Assembly: GCA_963797095.1 (NCBI GenBank)
Contig: CAWCNY010000001.1
Coordinates: 1-64,000 of the forward strand
DNA length: 64,000 nt
Direction: 5' to 3'
Source of the DNA: an uncultured Chloroflexia bacterium
GTDB lineage: Bacteria > Chloroflexota > Chloroflexia > QHBQ01 > JADMIH01
Below the pieces are notes generated by a model, which was not told where the DNA came from, ran no database searches, and was given only the letters and a program-made list of their open reading frames with translations. Made by a program: the position numbers and the translations under genes. Shown piece by piece: positions 52,312-62,251 of the stretch (position 1 is the first letter of the stretch; each line of letters starts with the position of its first letter).

Positions 52312-54018
52312 GTGAGCAGCATGTTTCAAGTCCAGAATCTGTACAAAAACTACGGCACATCCCCCGTACTCGCCGGGGTCAATTTCGTCGTCAACGACGG
52401 CGAGCACGTAGGGCTGATCGGCCCCAACGGCTCCGGCAAAACCACCCTCCTCAAAATAATCACACAGCGCGAGCAGGCCGATTTGGGCGCTGTCGTGCTT
52501 CAGCCTCGCGAGCTACGCATAGGATATCTCGCCCAGGCTTTCGAGCATGACGAAGGCTCGACCGTGGGCGAAGTGCTCCGCGAGTTGGAGGCCGATTTGG
52601 CTGACGCCGAGCGTGAAATGCAGCGTGCCGCCGATGCCCTCGCCCAGCCCGTCGATCTTGATGCGGCCCTGCGCGACTATGAAGATGCCAGCGCGCGCTT
52701 CGAAGCCCTCGGCGGCTACGAGCGCACCCACAAGGCCGAGGCAGTAATGCAGGGCCTATCGCTTGGCGACATATCGCATGAGACTGAAGTATCAACCCTG
52801 AGTGGCGGCCAGAAGACGCGATTGGGCCTGGCCCTTCTCCTCCTGCAAGAGCCTGACCTTCTCCTCCTGGATGAGCCGACCAACCACCTCGACGTCGAGG
52901 CACTCGAATGGCTAGAGGGCTTTGTGCAGAGCTACCGCAAGAGCGTCATGGCGGTGTCACACGACCGCGAGTTCCTGGACAAGACGATCACGCGGGTGCT
53001 GTATCTCGACCCCCAAACGCACATGATCAGGAGCTACGAAGGCAACTACACCGATTTTGAAGAGGCCCGCGAGCGCGAGCACGCCGCCCATATTGAAGCC
53101 TGGAAGCGCCAGCGGGAGTACATAGAACATACACAGCGCGACATCCAGGCCAAAAAGAGCAGCGCCCTCTCCCTTGAGCGCTCAACGAGTCCCCGCCAGC
53201 CCGGCCTGCGAGTGCTTGCCCGCAAGAAGGCCGCCGTAGCCAAATCACGCGAGCGCAAGCTGGAACGCTACATGGAATCGGACGAGCGCGTCGATAAGCC
53301 CAGGGCCAAGTGGTGGCTCAAGCTCGATTTCGGCCCGCCCCCGGCAGGTGGTCGCTCGGTCCTCCGGGTGGAAAATGTCTCTTTCTCCTACAACACCCAA
53401 CAGGAGCAAGGTCATGGATCAAGTATCATTTATCCTGACCTAATCAATGACGCCACTTTCGACGTACAATACGGCGACCGAGTCGCCCTGGTAGGCCCGA
53501 ACGGCGCGGGCAAGACCACCCTCCTACGCCTGATCGAGGGGCAATGGCAGCCCACATCCGGACAGATCAAGCTCGGCGCGAACGTGCGGCTTGGCGTGCT
53601 ATCTCAGGAGCAGGAAACGCTCACCCCAGGTAAAACGGTCCTGGAAACCGCCCTCGATGAGCGCTACATGGACGAGTCGGAGGTGCGCAATTTCCTTCAC
53701 TTCTTCCTGTTTGAAGGCGATGAAGTCTTCCGCAAGACCGAGGAGTGCTCGCTAGGCGAACGGACCCGCCTGCAATTGGCCTTGCTGGTGCTGAGAGGTT
53801 GTAACCTCCTCCTGCTCGACGAGCCGCTAAACCATCTCGATATCGATGGGCGCGCCCACTTCGAGGCCGCCCTGGAAGCCTACGAAGGCACTGTCATCGC
53901 AGTAGCACACGACCGGGCGTTCCTCAGGACCTACCCGGAGCGCGTGATCGAAGTGCGCGACGGACAAGTCCGGGTTTACGAAGGTGGATACGAAGACTAC
54001 CTGGCCCACAGGCTCTAG
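52312..54018 (+). CDS. ABC-F family ATPase (ribosome-associated, possible ribosomal protection)
   Basis: Two NBDs (GPNGSGKT / LSGGQ / DEPTNHLD and GPNGAGKT / DEPLNHLD), no TM segments. Confidence 0.92.
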   Translation: MSSMFQVQNLYKNYGTSPVLAGVNFVVNDGEHVGLIGPNGSGKTTLLKIITQREQADLGAVVLQPRELRIGYLAQAFEHDEGSTVGEVLRELEADLADAEREMQRAADALAQPVDLDAALRDYEDASARFEALGGYERTHKAEAVMQGLSLGDISHETEVSTLSGGQKTRLGLALLLLQEPDLLLLDEPTNHLDVEALEWLEGFVQSYRKSVMAVSHDREFLDKTITRVLYLDPQTHMIRSYEGNYTDFEEAREREHAAHIEAWKRQREYIEHTQRDIQAKKSSALSLERSTSPRQPGLRVLARKKAAVAKSRERKLERYMESDERVDKPRAKWWLKLDFGPPPAGGRSVLRVENVSFSYNTQQEQGHGSSIIYPDLINDATFDVQYGDRVALVGPNGAGKTTLLRLIEGQWQPTSGQIKLGANVRLGVLSQEQETLTPGKTVLETALDERYMDESEVRNFLHFFLFEGDEVFRKTEECSLGERTRLQLALLVLRGCNLLLLDEPLNHLDIDGRAHFEAALEAYEGTVIAVAHDRAFLRTYPERVIEVRDGQVRVYEGGYEDYLAHRL

Positions 54019-54448
54019 AAGCTGCGATGCGCTTTCGGACACGAGTTCCTTGTGAGAACCATTTCATCACTTACCATATCTGCTATCTGATTGGCACCCG
54101 AGGCGCTGCCACTTGCCTTGACCCCTTGCGTTGAGGCTATAGAGACCCCTGGATCGGCGAGCCACATCTCTTGTTTGCCCTCTTGCACGAAATCGCCGCC
54201 CATCATCAAGGCCGCTACCACCACGATCAGTAGTGAACTTTGTACCAATCTCCTCTTCATAGACAACCCCCTTCAAAGAGTGCGATTACCTGTCTCTAGC
54301 TCTACTGAAAATCTCGTGCAACAATAGCCTGGCCCGGGCACCTGGCGCGGTCTCTACTCGGTGCTTTAGTTAGTACGCCGGTTTGTTACAGGGTAGTCGG
54401 TAGTCGGTAGTCGGAGGACGATAGAGAAGTAACGGAATACGCAGTACT

Positions 54449-54504
54449 CACTCGTCACTCGTCACTCGTCACTCGTCACTCGTCACTCGTCACTCGTCAC
54501 TCGT
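54449..54504. repeat. Heptamer tandem repeat (CACTCGT)x8
   Basis: Read directly; flanked by GTAGTCG repeats. Confidence 0.92.
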
Positions 54505-54578
54505 CATCGATCGTCTACTGACTACCCATCCTTCGCCCTTCGCTGTAGAATGGAGTATCTTGCAAGCGGAGGAGTGTG

Positions 54579-55388
54579 ATGGGGGAAGGTCTGAGGCTGA
54601 TGTGTGTGTTTGCCCACCCGGATGATGAATCACTGGGGACGGGGGGCGTACTGGCGCGGTATGCTGCCGAAGGGGTGGAAACGCATCTGGTAACGGCCAC
54701 AAGAGGTGAGCGCGGCTGGTTTGGCGCGCCCGAAGATAACCCTGGCCTGGAAGCGCTTGGCCGTATGCGCGAAGGTGAGCTAATGGCGGCGGCTCAGGTG
54801 CTTGGCATTCGCAGCGTCAGCTTCCTCGATTACATAGATGGCGACCTCGATCAAGCCCCTCCTATTCAAGCGATGGATAAGATAGCTCATCACATCAGGG
54901 GCGTAAAGCCGCACGTGATAATCACCTTCCCGCCCGATGGAGCCTATGGCCACCCCGATCACATAGCCATTTCCCAGTTTACCCAGGCTGCGATTGTGCA
55001 GGCAGCTTCCCCGGCCTTCCACGACCCCGAACAGTGCGAGCCTCATGCCGTCTCGAAACTCTATTACATGGTTTCTAATGCCCACGAAGCCAGGCATTAT
55101 GAAGAGATCTTCGGTGATCTCGTCATGCATATCGACGGCGTCGAACGGCGAGCCGTTGAGTGGAACGATTGGTCAATTACCTCGTGGATCGATGTCGCCC
55201 AATACTGGCGTACCACGCTCGATGCGATCTTATGCCACCGCACTCAATTGCCGGGTTACGACACGCTTTTGAACCTGTCGGAGCAACAAATACAAGGTCT
55301 GTGGACTTACTTGAGCTTCTATCGCGTTTACAGCATGGTAAACGGCGGACGCACGCTGGAGCGCGATCTATTTGAAGGATTGAGGTAA
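54579..55388 (+). CDS. PIG-L family deacetylase
   Basis: AHPDDE, TATRGE, YGHPDH, HRTQ. Confidence 0.9.
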   Translation: MGEGLRLMCVFAHPDDESLGTGGVLARYAAEGVETHLVTATRGERGWFGAPEDNPGLEALGRMREGELMAAAQVLGIRSVSFLDYIDGDLDQAPPIQAMDKIAHHIRGVKPHVIITFPPDGAYGHPDHIAISQFTQAAIVQAASPAFHDPEQCEPHAVSKLYYMVSNAHEARHYEEIFGDLVMHIDGVERRAVEWNDWSITSWIDVAQYWRTTLDAILCHRTQLPGYDTLLNLSEQQIQGLWTYLSFYRVYSMVNGGRTLERDLFEGLR

Positions 55389-55393
55389 CTTCT

Positions 55394-56905
55394 ATGGATA
55401 AAGGCGGGGCGCGGAATGCGCCTATCGAGATGACACCTGACCAATTCCGGGCGCTCGGTCATAGCCTGGTAGACAAGATCGCGGCTTTCATGGAGACCAT
55501 GCCACAGGGCAAAGTCACATCGGGCGAGTCGCCTCGCCAGGTGCGCGATGCCCTGAACGCGAAGGCGGGCCTCCCGCAACAAGGGAGCGACCCTTCTCTC
55601 CTCCTGGACGAAGCAAGCGATCTTCTGTTCGAGCATTCCCTTTTCATAGGGCACCCCCGCTTCCTGGGCTTCATAACGTCGGCGCCCGCGCCTATAGGCG
55701 CGCTGGCCGACCTTCTAGCGGCGGCGGTCAACCCGAACGTGGGCGGGTGGGTGCTCTCACCTATCGCCAGCGAGATCGAAGCCCAGACGGTGCGCTGGAT
55801 TGCGGAGTTTCTTGACTACCCCTCCGATTGCGGCGGCCTGCTGGTGAGCGGCGGCAACGTGGCTAACTTCGTAGGCTTCCTGGCGGCGCGGCGTGCCAAG
55901 GCCCCATGGGATGTCCGCGCCGATGGCATCGCGGGTGGGGGCAGGCGAAATCTGCGAGCATACGCCTCGGCTGAGACGCACACCTGGCTGCAAAAGGCCG
56001 CCGACCTCTTTGGCCTGGGCACCACTTCTGTCCGGTGGATCAAGACCGACAACCGCCAGCGTATGGACATGCAGGCGCTGCGCCGCGCTATTGAGGCCGA
56101 CAAAGCCAGTGGCGATCTGCCGTTCCTGGTAGTGGGCGCTGGTGGTTCGGTCAGCACCGGGGCTGTAGACCCCTTGTACGAGATAGCCGACCTCTGCAAA
56201 GAGCACGATATGTGGTTCCATGTTGACGGCGCTTACGGCGGGTTTGCCGCTGCAGTGCCAGAGTCGCTCGGTTGCCCGCCCGACCTGAAGGGCCTTTCGC
56301 TGGCCGATTCGGTAGCCATAGACCCGCACAAGTGGCTTTACGCCCCTCTCGAAGCAGGTTGCGCGCTTGTTCGCAACCGCGAAGCCCTCCACGATACCTT
56401 TGTCTTCCACCCACCCTATTACTTCATGCAAGAGTACGAAGACGAGCCTGAGATCAACTATCATGAGTACGGGTTGCAGAACTCACGGGGCTTTCGCGCT
56501 CTTAAGGTGTGGCTTGCCTTGAAGCAGGTAGGTCGCGAAGGCTATGTCGGTATGCTGGCCGAAGATATCGCCCTCTCTCGCATGCTATACGAGGCTGTCA
56601 GGCTTTTGCCTGACCTGGAAGCCTGCACATCCGACCTGAGCATCGCCACGTTCCGCTACGTGCCCTCCGACCTGCGCGACGGCGCGCCCGCGCACGAAGA
56701 ATACCTGAATAAGCTCAACTCCGAGTTGGTCAAGAAGATCCAGGCAAGCGGCGAGCTATTCCTGACCAACGCCATAATCGACGGCAAGTTCTTGCTGCGC
56801 ACGTGCATAGTCAACTTCCGTACCTCCGCCGATGATATACGCGCCATCCCCGAAATAGTCTTGAGGCAAGGCCGCGAGCTCGACCAGGAGATGCGCAACG
56901 AGTGA
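55394..56905 (+). CDS. Group II PLP-dependent decarboxylase (aromatic-amino-acid decarboxylase-like)
   Basis: HPRFLGFI, SGG..AN, HVDGAYGG, DPHKWL, SRGFRALKVW. Confidence 0.92.
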   Translation: MDKGGARNAPIEMTPDQFRALGHSLVDKIAAFMETMPQGKVTSGESPRQVRDALNAKAGLPQQGSDPSLLLDEASDLLFEHSLFIGHPRFLGFITSAPAPIGALADLLAAAVNPNVGGWVLSPIASEIEAQTVRWIAEFLDYPSDCGGLLVSGGNVANFVGFLAARRAKAPWDVRADGIAGGGRRNLRAYASAETHTWLQKAADLFGLGTTSVRWIKTDNRQRMDMQALRRAIEADKASGDLPFLVVGAGGSVSTGAVDPLYEIADLCKEHDMWFHVDGAYGGFAAAVPESLGCPPDLKGLSLADSVAIDPHKWLYAPLEAGCALVRNREALHDTFVFHPPYYFMQEYEDEPEINYHEYGLQNSRGFRALKVWLALKQVGREGYVGMLAEDIALSRMLYEAVRLLPDLEACTSDLSIATFRYVPSDLRDGAPAHEEYLNKLNSELVKKIQASGELFLTNAIIDGKFLLRTCIVNFRTSADDIRAIPEIVLRQGRELDQEMRNE

Positions 56906-57250
56906 CGAGTGACGAGTGGAGGATCGTTCGGGCAGGCTATTAAGCGTACCTTCCTAAGCACAACTGCCTTTTGCCTTTCCAAAAAACTGTACCAGAGTAT
57001 ACCCGAAAACCTGTCCCGTTTTGTCCCACCAAATGATAACTCATGTTTAGTTTTACGGAAGCAAAAACAAGCGATCCCACGTAGGCTCGATATATGTGGC
57101 TGCCGACAGTAAGGCCAGCACTATACCTGTCGTACCCGTCAGGAGACCAGGGCTGTCGATGTAGTGCCCTCCTTCAACATCACGGAAGCCCAGCAGTGCA
57201 TCCGGGTCGAACTCATCAAGTATGGATCTTTGTACTGCGACCCTAAATCT

Positions 57251-57432
57251 GGCTCTTCGTCACTTTTGGTGAACCAGGGAAGCAAATCGCTCAAAGCGGT
57301 GGCCCAAGAGCCTTCAGGGCATGCTACAACCGGCATGGTGACGCAGAGGCACGCGGATTCGACAGTATATCGGCGCTCACCAGCAATAGATCCACGTTGT
57401 TAGACATGCTTCACCAAAAGTGACGAAGAACC
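57251..57432. mobile_element. 182-bp MITE with ISL3-like ends
   Basis: 23-bp IR GG(C/T)TCTTCGTCACTTTTGGTGAA with 1 mismatch; 8-bp TSD CTAAATCT at 57243-57250 and 57433-57440. Confidence 0.88.
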
Positions 57433-57644
57433 CTAAATCTGGACAGAAAAATCAGGGTTGAAAGTTAGTAACCTCGGTTTCTGACTGTAATGAAAGCCTG
57501 TAGTGTGCAATAACTCGTCCGTGCACAGGAAGGGGCTTATGCAGCATCGATAATGACCGGAAGTGTCAGGAATCAGAGCACGCAATCTCCCCTTTGAGGC
57601 TGAAGACCTTTCAGTCCAGCCTCAAGCGCTGCTTTGGTACATCT

Positions 57645-58112
57645 TTACCCGGTCATCAGTCCATATTGCAGGGCACCGAAGCGCTCCCGGAACATAAGAC
57701 GTTGTTCTGCCAATGGCACTGTCTCTTTAGGTTTTGTCCGATACCTGAAATAGTCCCGCTGCTCATCGAACGCCGAGCAGAAACGTGATGCTGACCGGAA
57801 AGACCCGAACCCCCTCATCGGATAGTATCGCTGCTTTATGCCTCGATGATCTTGTTCCATTCGATTATTAAGATAGCGGTTAGTCCGGTGCACGACTTTG
57901 CGACCCAGTATACGGCGGATGACACGTGGGTAGGCTATGTGACCGTCGGAACTCACTCTCTCAGGGGCTTGGCCCACCACATCTTTGGCCTGTTTGAAGA
58001 ACCTCTTGGCCGCAACCATATCTCGCCTCTTTGACAGCATCGAGTCTACCAGGTTGCCATCCCTATCTACAGCACGATAGAGATAGCACCATTTGCCGCT
58101 GACTTTGATGTA
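57645..58112 (-). pseudogene. IS6-family transposase, C-terminal part
   Basis: YIKVSGKWCYLYRAVD, SSDG..AY, LNNRMEQDHR.IK..MRGF. Confidence 0.88.
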
Positions 58113-58445
58113 ATACCAGTCGGAAGCGGCGCTTGCCTTCGGTTTCCCGAAGGTGCTCGACCCGCGTCCGCTGGCCCGAACCCGGCGTGTACCTTTCGAT
58201 TCACCAGGCTCTCACCTCAACCATCAGCGCGTCTTTCGTGCGTGCTGTGCAACTCTGTTGGGTTTTCAGGAATTGTGCCGTATCCACGACTAACCCTTAC
58301 TCCATTGGAGTCGCGGTTGAGCTAGCTCCCTTCGCCCTGTGAACGGTGTTACCGTCTCCTTGGCGGGTCGTTACTCCCACGGCTACTATGGAGCCTCTGC
58401 CCTGCTGTACTCGATCACTCGAAGCGAAGTCAGCCTCCACACGCC
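58113..58445 (-). ncRNA. 3' half of an ORF-less group II intron (intron C) inserted in IS6
   Basis: DIII-like CATAGTA..GGGCGAAGGG; DV GAGAGCCTGGTGAATCGAAAGGTACACGCCGGGTTCGG; ends ..GACTGGTAT directly before TAC ATC AAA. Confidence 0.78.
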
Positions 58446-58484
58446 TGTAGTGTGCGGGAACGTCATCCGGGTGCTCAACTTCGG

Positions 58485-59023
58485 TTAGGCCGCCTCCCGC
58501 TGGTAGTCATGGATGATGCCTCCAAGTACATCTCGGCATTTCACGGGGCCTTCTCTTCGGCCATGCTCCACTGCTATTGGGCACCTCTGCTCTATGCCTT
58601 GATGCGGTCGAGAGCCGTTGTAGTATTCGTTGTAGTATTCAATGTACTCCAGCAGCACACGTCTCAGATGCGCTTCATTCAGGATCAATAGATGGTCAAG
58701 GCACTCCTCTCGAGCCGAACGGACCCATCTTTCAGCGAAGGCGTTCGCCCGCGGTGCTCGGTAAGGTGTCTGGATAATCTCTATGCCTTCGGCCGCAAAC
58801 ACTCTGTAAAGCTCGCAGTGAACTTGGCATCCCGGTCATGGATCAGGAGCCGGATGGGCAATCGCTCACCCCGCTCACCCCGCTCACCCCGCTCATCCTG
58901 CAGTTTCCATGTTAGCTGCCGAGCCCGTTGGGTAACCCACTCCCCTGTTGGTTGAGCCGTGCACCCTACACGCTCGATCCAGGTGCGAACAGAGCCTGTA
59001 ATGTGCAAATAAGGATCCGACAT
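58485..59023 (-). pseudogene. rve integrase-core transposase fragment
   Basis: LIHDRDAKF, TPYRAPRANAFAERWVRS, YN..RPHQG, LGGIIHDY. Confidence 0.8.
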
Positions 59024-59138
59024 CTGGGACCCTTTATCAGACAGGTTATCAAGCTCGATGTAAGGAGAGTGAGGGGCTTTATGCTATAATTTCTGTACGG
59101 CTACAGAGCAAGCAACAAGGAACGGCAGGTGATAAAAC

Positions 59139-59741
59139 ATGGCGATTCAGCAAGCATGGCCAACGGAGCAATCACAGCCGAACAGGCACCTGTTCACAAT
59201 CGAGGAATACGAGCTCATGTTAGAGGCGGGCGTCTTCGGCGAGGACGACCACATCGAGCTCATTAGAGGAGAAATCGTAGATATGCCACCAATCGGGCCA
59301 GGGCACGGCTTTGGCGTGTCTAATCTTGTTATGCTGCTAGCTCCCTTGGTAGGGAAATCAGCCATCTTGTGGGTGCAAAGTCCTGTTAGAATTAGCCCCA
59401 ACGATCGGCCGGAGCCTGACGTTGCCCTGCTAAGGGCGCGCCCTGACCTGTCCCCAGAATCGCCCCCACAAGCAGCAGACGTGCTGCTGGTCATAGAGAT
59501 CTCGGATAGCTCGATTGCTTATGACAGGAAAGTGAAGAGGAGCCTCTATGCCGAGGCAGGGATCCCCGAATATTGGATAGTCAACCTGCAAGAGCAGATA
59601 ATCGAGATCTACTCCAATCCATCAGAGGGCGAGTACAGGAAAGCAACCCAGGCCAAACGGGGCGAAACGCTCCCCCTGCCTATTGGGCTGAGGGGTGTAC
59701 AGGTCCGTGACATCCTGACCAACACATTGGCGACAGGATAA
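59139..59741 (+). CDS. Uma2 (DUF820) family endonuclease
   Basis: ELIRGEI..M.PIG..H, PEPD, LVIEISDSS..YDR..K..LYA.AGIPEYWIVNL. Confidence 0.92.
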   Translation: MAIQQAWPTEQSQPNRHLFTIEEYELMLEAGVFGEDDHIELIRGEIVDMPPIGPGHGFGVSNLVMLLAPLVGKSAILWVQSPVRISPNDRPEPDVALLRARPDLSPESPPQAADVLLVIEISDSSIAYDRKVKRSLYAEAGIPEYWIVNLQEQIIEIYSNPSEGEYRKATQAKRGETLPLPIGLRGVQVRDILTNTLATG

Positions 59742-59817
59742 TACGCAAGAACTCGTCCGTGCGCGAGAACGTGTAGTGTGCTGGATGGTCGATGGTCGTC
59801 CAGGCGCTCAACTTCGA

Positions 59818-60015
59818 TCAGGCCGCCTCTCGATGATAGTCGTGGATAATCCCTCCCAGCACATTCCGACATTTCACCAGACCTTCTTCACGACCTTGAC
59901 GACCATGCTCGATGGGTATTGGACAGCGCTGCTCGATCCCTTGGTGCGGGCGAGAGCGGTTGTAATACTCCACATACGCTCGTAGTACACGCCGCAAGTG
60001 CGCTTCCCCCAATAT
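59818..60015 (-). pseudogene. Second rve integrase 3' fragment, cut by the IS21 end
   Basis: ILGEAHLRRVL..YYNRSRPHQG..LGGIIHDYHREAA. Confidence 0.78.
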
Positions 60016-60169
60016 TGTTTTTGTCAATAGAAAAGGGAGCCATTTGATAACCAAAAAGGGAGCCACTTCTCCTCCCCGACGAAAATATTGATAATTAAAA
60101 AAGGGAGCCATTTGATAATCGAAAAGGGGGCCACACGGAAATCGCAAGTCTAGTGGGGACATCACGGAC

Positions 60170-60706
60170 ATGACTCTAGTCGACATTTGGAACAACATGG
60201 ACCGCAGCACGGTCGTGGCTTATCGAACGGTCTTTGACGCTTCGCAACAATCGTTTGCATGGTGGGTTGTAATAATCCCTCTGGCGGTTGCGTTCGTCGG
60301 TGTTGGAATATTGGTCAATCGCAGCCGCATACCCAAGGTACCTAGTGCCATAAGGATATCTGGATCTGTAACCCTGATCTGTGCTGGTTTGTGCGTTGCG
60401 ATCTTCCTCTTTGCGTCGACGCTTTCCGCATATCATACTGGCAGCGATTTGCTCGCCACTAATCAGGCACAGGTTGCTGAGGGGCAAGTAATAGACCTAA
60501 CCAGTACGGCCAGTGGCAAGGCCGAGAGCTTTAGGGTGCAAGGGGTCCAGTTTAGTTACTCCGAATACAGCGAGAGCCTTGGCTTTCACCATGTAAGTAC
60601 ACTTGGGGGGCCAATGAAAGAGGGGCTACAAGTCAAGATTTGGTATGCCCACATAGACGGCGATCCCTCGGATCCGGTGATATTGAAGCTAGAGATATCA
60701 CAGTGA
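60170..60706 (+). CDS. Hypothetical membrane protein (two TM helices plus small beta domain), IS21 passenger
   Basis: Two hydrophobic helices; ESFRVQGVQFSYS..GGP...GLQVKI. Confidence 0.7.
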   Translation: MTLVDIWNNMDRSTVVAYRTVFDASQQSFAWWVVIIPLAVAFVGVGILVNRSRIPKVPSAIRISGSVTLICAGLCVAIFLFASTLSAYHTGSDLLATNQAQVAEGQVIDLTSTASGKAESFRVQGVQFSYSEYSESLGFHHVSTLGGPMKEGLQVKIWYAHIDGDPSDPVILKLEISQ

Positions 60707-60808
60707 ATGGTTATAGCCATTTGGCATCGGAAGAGTAGGCACAGGGACCATCCTGCTCATTTACCCAGACGCAATAAGGCTCGGTGTGCCAATTAGGATA
60801 CGCTCAGT

Positions 60809-61132
60809 TCACCAATTCCAAGGCTTGCGAGGCCGTCCTACCCGTGGTCGCCATCCGTAGGGGCTAGTGTCTCGCTTGCGCTTCTCCCGCTGGCGCGCCG
60901 TGTTCATCGCCCTTTGGGCTTCCCTTCGGCAACCATCGCAGTAACGCGGAGCTGCCCCTGGATACTGCCACACCTCTCGCTCCTCGCTGCACCACTCGCA
61001 ACGGAACGAAACGAGTCGAGCGTGGAGGGTTCGTGTGTAGCCCCGGCAGGTCGTTACCACCTTCGAGGGCGGTTCGACGGCAGGTTCGCTAGCTGGGAGT
61101 GCGCTTGGGTTAGAGCTGGAGTTAGAGGTCAT
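60809..61132 (-). CDS. Small zinc-ribbon protein with AT-hook-like tail, IS21 passenger
   Basis: CEWC..YCDGC; GRPRK; co-oriented directly after istB. Confidence 0.65.
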   Translation of the reverse strand: MTSNSSSNPSALPASEPAVEPPSKVVTTCRGYTRTLHARLVSFRCEWCSEEREVWQYPGAAPRYCDGCRREAQRAMNTARQREKRKRDTSPYGWRPRVGRPRKPWNW

Positions 61133-61173
61133 GACTTAATTTCGGCCATTTTGAGGTCAATTTTGCGAAAAAA

Positions 61174-62250
61174 CTAAGGCCGATCAGCGATGCTTGCCAT
61201 TTGCGCCGGTTCTGCTTCCTCTGTCTCCCCGCTCTCCCCGATCTCCCCGATCTCCCCGCTCTCCCCGCTCTCCCCGATCTCCCCCGCTTCTGCCCCCTCG
61301 TCTTCCTCCCCTCCTTCCATCTCTCGGCTCTCCAGACTCTGAATAGAACCGTACCCGAAATTCCCGTTCGCACCATCACCTGTTCTTTCACTTCGCCCCT
61401 GCCCCTGCCCCTGCACCTGTTGCTGTTGAAGACGCTGGCGAAAACGAAACGACTCTCCAACAAACTCCAGAATGTGTGCTTTGTGCGTGAGCCGGTCCAA
61501 AAGTGCAGCCGTCATTCGCTCATCTCCTAACACACTGTTCCAATCTCCAAATCGCAGGTTCGTAGTTATGATGATTGCCACTCTCTCGTAAAGGGTCGAA
61601 CAGAACTGGAAGAGCAACTGCGCACCCGCCGCTGTAAATGGTATGAAGCCTAGCTCGTCCAGCACAATCACCTGCTGCTTGCACATCTGTGTCATGAAAC
61701 GGGACAATCGCAGCTCCTGTTGTGCCTGGATCATATCATTGATTAAGCCTGCTACGTTGTAGAAGCGCACATGATGGCCCTGACGGCAAGCCGCAAGGGC
61801 AAGACTTGTGGCAATATGGGTCTTGCCAAGCCCTGGATTGCCAACCAAAAGGATCGGCTCTGCCCTCTGAATGTACCCACCCTGAGCCAGTTCAAGTACC
61901 CTCGTCTTGGCTAAACCCTGCACGACACTGAAATCGAAGTCAGCAAGCTCTTTGAGCACCGGGAATTTGGCGGAGGCGATAGAGCGTTCCACTCGATGCA
62001 CTTCTCGTTGGCCTACCTCTCCTTCAGCCAGAGCTAACAGAAAACGTTCATAGCTGAGGTTGGTCTGTGCGGCATCTTGAGCCAACTTCTGGTAGTGTTG
62101 CACGAAGCTGGGCAATCGTAACTGGCGTAGATAGCTTTCCAGCAACATGTGATGTTCTGTCGCCCTTGCTGCCCTTGCTGGCTTTACCGTGTTCGTATTC
62201 GCCGTGTTCACGGTCTGCGTCCTCTCCGTTCTCTCCCTCTCTTTCTCCAA
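61174..62250 (-). CDS. istB: IS21 helper AAA+ ATPase
   Basis: GNPGLGKTH, LDELG, TTNL.F.DW, ALLDRL.H, GESFR. Confidence 0.93.
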   Translation of the reverse strand: MEKERERTERTQTVNTANTNTVKPARAARATEHHMLLESYLRQLRLPSFVQHYQKLAQDAAQTNLSYERFLLALAEGEVGQREVHRVERSIASAKFPVLKELADFDFSVVQGLAKTRVLELAQGGYIQRAEPILLVGNPGLGKTHIATSLALAACRQGHHVRFYNVAGLINDMIQAQQELRLSRFMTQMCKQQVIVLDELGFIPFTAAGAQLLFQFCSTLYERVAIIITTNLRFGDWNSVLGDERMTAALLDRLTHKAHILEFVGESFRFRQRLQQQQVQGQGQGRSERTGDGANGNFGYGSIQSLESREMEGGEEDEGAEAGEIGESGESGEIGEIGESGETEEAEPAQMASIADRP

Positions 62251-62251
62251 T

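Noticed and set aside
54015-54260. Small secreted protein on the minus strand
   Set aside because: Has a plausible RBS and hydrophobic start but no recognisable motif; not enough support to call
60016-60134. Four spaced repeats as a mini CRISPR array
   Set aside because: Repeats are about 12 bp with irregular short spacing, start at a TGT end and match IS21 transposase-binding arrays; no cas genes
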